Source of the DNA: a bacterium
Lineage (GTDB): Bacteria; UBA8248
Assembly (NCBI GenBank): GCA_965213625.1
Contig: CBDBZU010000004.1
Location: 2,816,001 to 2,880,000, forward strand
Length of the DNA stretch: 64,000 nt
Direction: 5' to 3'
This document shows, in pieces, positions 62,279-64,000 of the stretch. How positions within the stretch are numbered: position 1 is the stretch's first letter; every line of letters begins with the position of its first letter. The notes under the pieces are model-generated. The model was not told the origin of the DNA. It made no database searches and was given only the letters and a program-made list of their open reading frames with translations. Made by a program: the position numbers and the translations under genes.

Positions 62279-63502
62279 ATGACGACTCATATCAAGGAAA
62301 AACTTCGTGCCGTTCGCGGGAACCCCGTGGATGAAGGCGCTCTTCGCCAGATAGAGTGCTGCCTTGGCGATAATGAGGCGTATGCAGGCGCTCTGTGCGC
62401 CGATCATCATCTGGGCTACTCCATGCCCATCGGCGGCATCATCGCCTATGAGAACGCCGTATCTCCAAGCGGCGTGGGCTATGACATCGCATGCGGAAAC
62501 AAAGCCATAAAAACGAATCTGAAAGCCTCCGACGTGCGCCCTGAGCTCTCCGGCATCATGGACGAGATATTTCGGAACCTGGAATTCGGCATGGGCAGAA
62601 AAAACCCTGAACCCATCGACGATGCGCTTTTCGATGACCCGGCATGGAAAATGCTGCCAGAATTTGAAGATTTGAAGCCTTTGGCGCGCTCGCAGTTGGG
62701 CACGATTGGCGCGGGCAACCACTATGTCGATTTATTCGTTGAAGAAAAGGACGACGCGCTTTGGGTCGGGATTCATTTCGGCTCCAGGGGATTTGGCCAC
62801 AAGACATGCACCGGATTTCTGAATCTGGCGAAAAACCGGAGATTCCGTGACTCCCCTGCCCGTGAGCAGATGCACGCCCGGGCGACCGTGCTCTCACTCG
62901 CCTCTCCACTGGGGGGCGACTATTTCGCCGCCATGAAGCTTGCGGGCCGTTACGCCTATGCCGGAAGGGATTATGTCGGGGGCCGAGTGCTCGATATCCT
63001 GGGAGCCGACTCAGAATGGGAAGTGCACAACCACCATAATTTCGCCTGGGAAGAAGAGCACGAAAGCAAGCGATATATCGTGGTTCGCAAAGGCGCTACG
63101 CCGGCCTGGCCGGGCCAGAAATGCTTTATCGGCGGGAGCATGGGCGATATTTCCGTCATCGCAGAAGGCGTGGAGACTCCGGGGTCGAAATCTCTCCTCT
63201 ACTCCACGATTCATGGCGCGGGCCGGGTGATGAGCAGAACGAAGGCGGCCGGGAAGAAAAGGTGGCGCAAGGGGCGCCTGATTCGCAAGGGCGGCGCGAT
63301 CTCGCGAGAGAAAATGAATGAATGGGTCACGGATATTGGCGTCGTGCTTCGTGGAGCGGATACGGATGAAGCCCCGCAGGCCTACAAGCGGCTTACCGAA
63401 GTATTGGGACTCCACAAGGATGCGCTTCGCATTTTGCACGTGCTCAGGCCCATCGGGGTGGCCATGGCGAGACCCGAAGTGCGCGATGCATTCAGGGATT
63501 AG
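62279..63502 (+). CDS. rtcB: RNA 3'-phosphate/5'-OH ligase RtcB
   Basis: ADHHLGY..PIG, GYDIACG, LGTIGAGNHY, HFGSRG.GH, HNHHN, VRKGAT, GSMG, HGAGR.MSR, DEAP.AYK. Confidence 0.95.
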   Translation: MTTHIKEKLRAVRGNPVDEGALRQIECCLGDNEAYAGALCADHHLGYSMPIGGIIAYENAVSPSGVGYDIACGNKAIKTNLKASDVRPELSGIMDEIFRNLEFGMGRKNPEPIDDALFDDPAWKMLPEFEDLKPLARSQLGTIGAGNHYVDLFVEEKDDALWVGIHFGSRGFGHKTCTGFLNLAKNRRFRDSPAREQMHARATVLSLASPLGGDYFAAMKLAGRYAYAGRDYVGGRVLDILGADSEWEVHNHHNFAWEEEHESKRYIVVRKGATPAWPGQKCFIGGSMGDISVIAEGVETPGSKSLLYSTIHGAGRVMSRTKAAGKKRWRKGRLIRKGGAISREKMNEWVTDIGVVLRGADTDEAPQAYKRLTEVLGLHKDALRILHVLRPIGVAMARPEVRDAFRD

Positions 63503-63687
63503 TACGGGTTTATATACCTTATGTAATTTATTCGATACGTCATGGTAAGTACCTGTAAGTACTTTTAAAAATATCTATATATTATATAATTTAAATCTTG
63601 AAGGATTCGCTGCTTATTGATTGCCGAAATCATTTTCACTGAAAGCCCGGTCCGCGCGAATGACAAGACCACAGATGAAAATCCTGG

Positions 63688-64000
63688 CTATCGTCCCGAA
63701 ATAACCGGATCGGTATGGCCTGTAACGTCGAGTTCGAACCCAGCGTCACGAATCATGCGGTGCGCCGCGGTCGACTCCTGGCCGGGAGTGGTGAGGTAGC
63801 CGTCTACGAAAATAGAGTTGGCGGGATAAAGGGCCAGAGGCTGCAATTCCCGCAGTTGTACTTCCCTTCCCCCGGCGACGCGGATTTCAGAGCGCGGGTT
63901 GTAGAAGCGCATCAGGCACAGCAGCTTGAGGCAGGTCAGCGGCCCGAGCAAAGGCCTTCCCTCGAGCGGTGTACCGCCGATTGAATTGAGAAAGTTGACC
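63688..64000 (-). CDS. bioB: Biotin synthase, C-terminal part (5' end outside window)
   Basis: VNFLNSIGGTPL, RF.NP..EIRVAGGRE, ANSIFVDGYLTT.GQ, MIRDAGF. Confidence 0.9.
   Translation of the reverse strand, partial: VNFLNSIGGTPLEGRPLLGPLTCLKLLCLMRFYNPRSEIRVAGGREVQLRELQPLALYPANSIFVDGYLTTPGQESTAAHRMIRDAGFELDVTGHTDPVISGR

Noticed and set aside
63617-63799. 60-aa + strand ORF after rtcB
   Set aside because: Overlaps the bioB 3' end antisense and has no recognisable features

Overview
A gene-dense stretch of core chromosome from a diderm (LPS-producing) bacterium. The gene order resembles Deltaproteobacteria/Nitrospinota; the taxonomy is an inference. About 57 CDS are present, nearly all on the + strand: alaC-hom-apgM-like-lysC-glyQS-ppdK-ribD/E/BX/H-nusB, lptE-holA, rpsT(-), murJ, xerD, phoH-7TM/HD-ybeY, lapA-mutS, DUF4390-ntrY-ntrX::lpxC, purMN-lolA-rseP-ispG-proS, two small ORFs plus tRNA-Met(CAT), tilS-ftsH-pdxJ-nnr-tsaE, lptCAB-rpoN-hprK-EIIA-ptsH, metK-ahcY-amidase-der, EF-G2, a SPOR protein, MerR, a TPR protein, rtcB and a partial bioB(-). 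I saw no IS, prophage, CRISPR array or rRNA. The most striking observation is an NtrX-type response regulator (REC, degenerate AAA+, Fis-type HTH) fused in frame to a complete LpxC, directly downstream of its NtrY-type kinase. This suggests a two-component system wired onto the committed step of lipid A synthesis. Other notable points: a good XerC/D dif site at 62192-62219 just upstream of rtcB, with a degenerate copy after rtcB; two probable pseudoenzyme proteins/domains (ApgM-like protein, RibA-like half of RibBA); a nested/pseudoknot-like RNA structure ahead of pdxJ; a 51-aa membrane ORF missing from the ORF track; and a tsaE that needs a non-canonical start codon. All calls come from motif recognition by eye; no searches were run.
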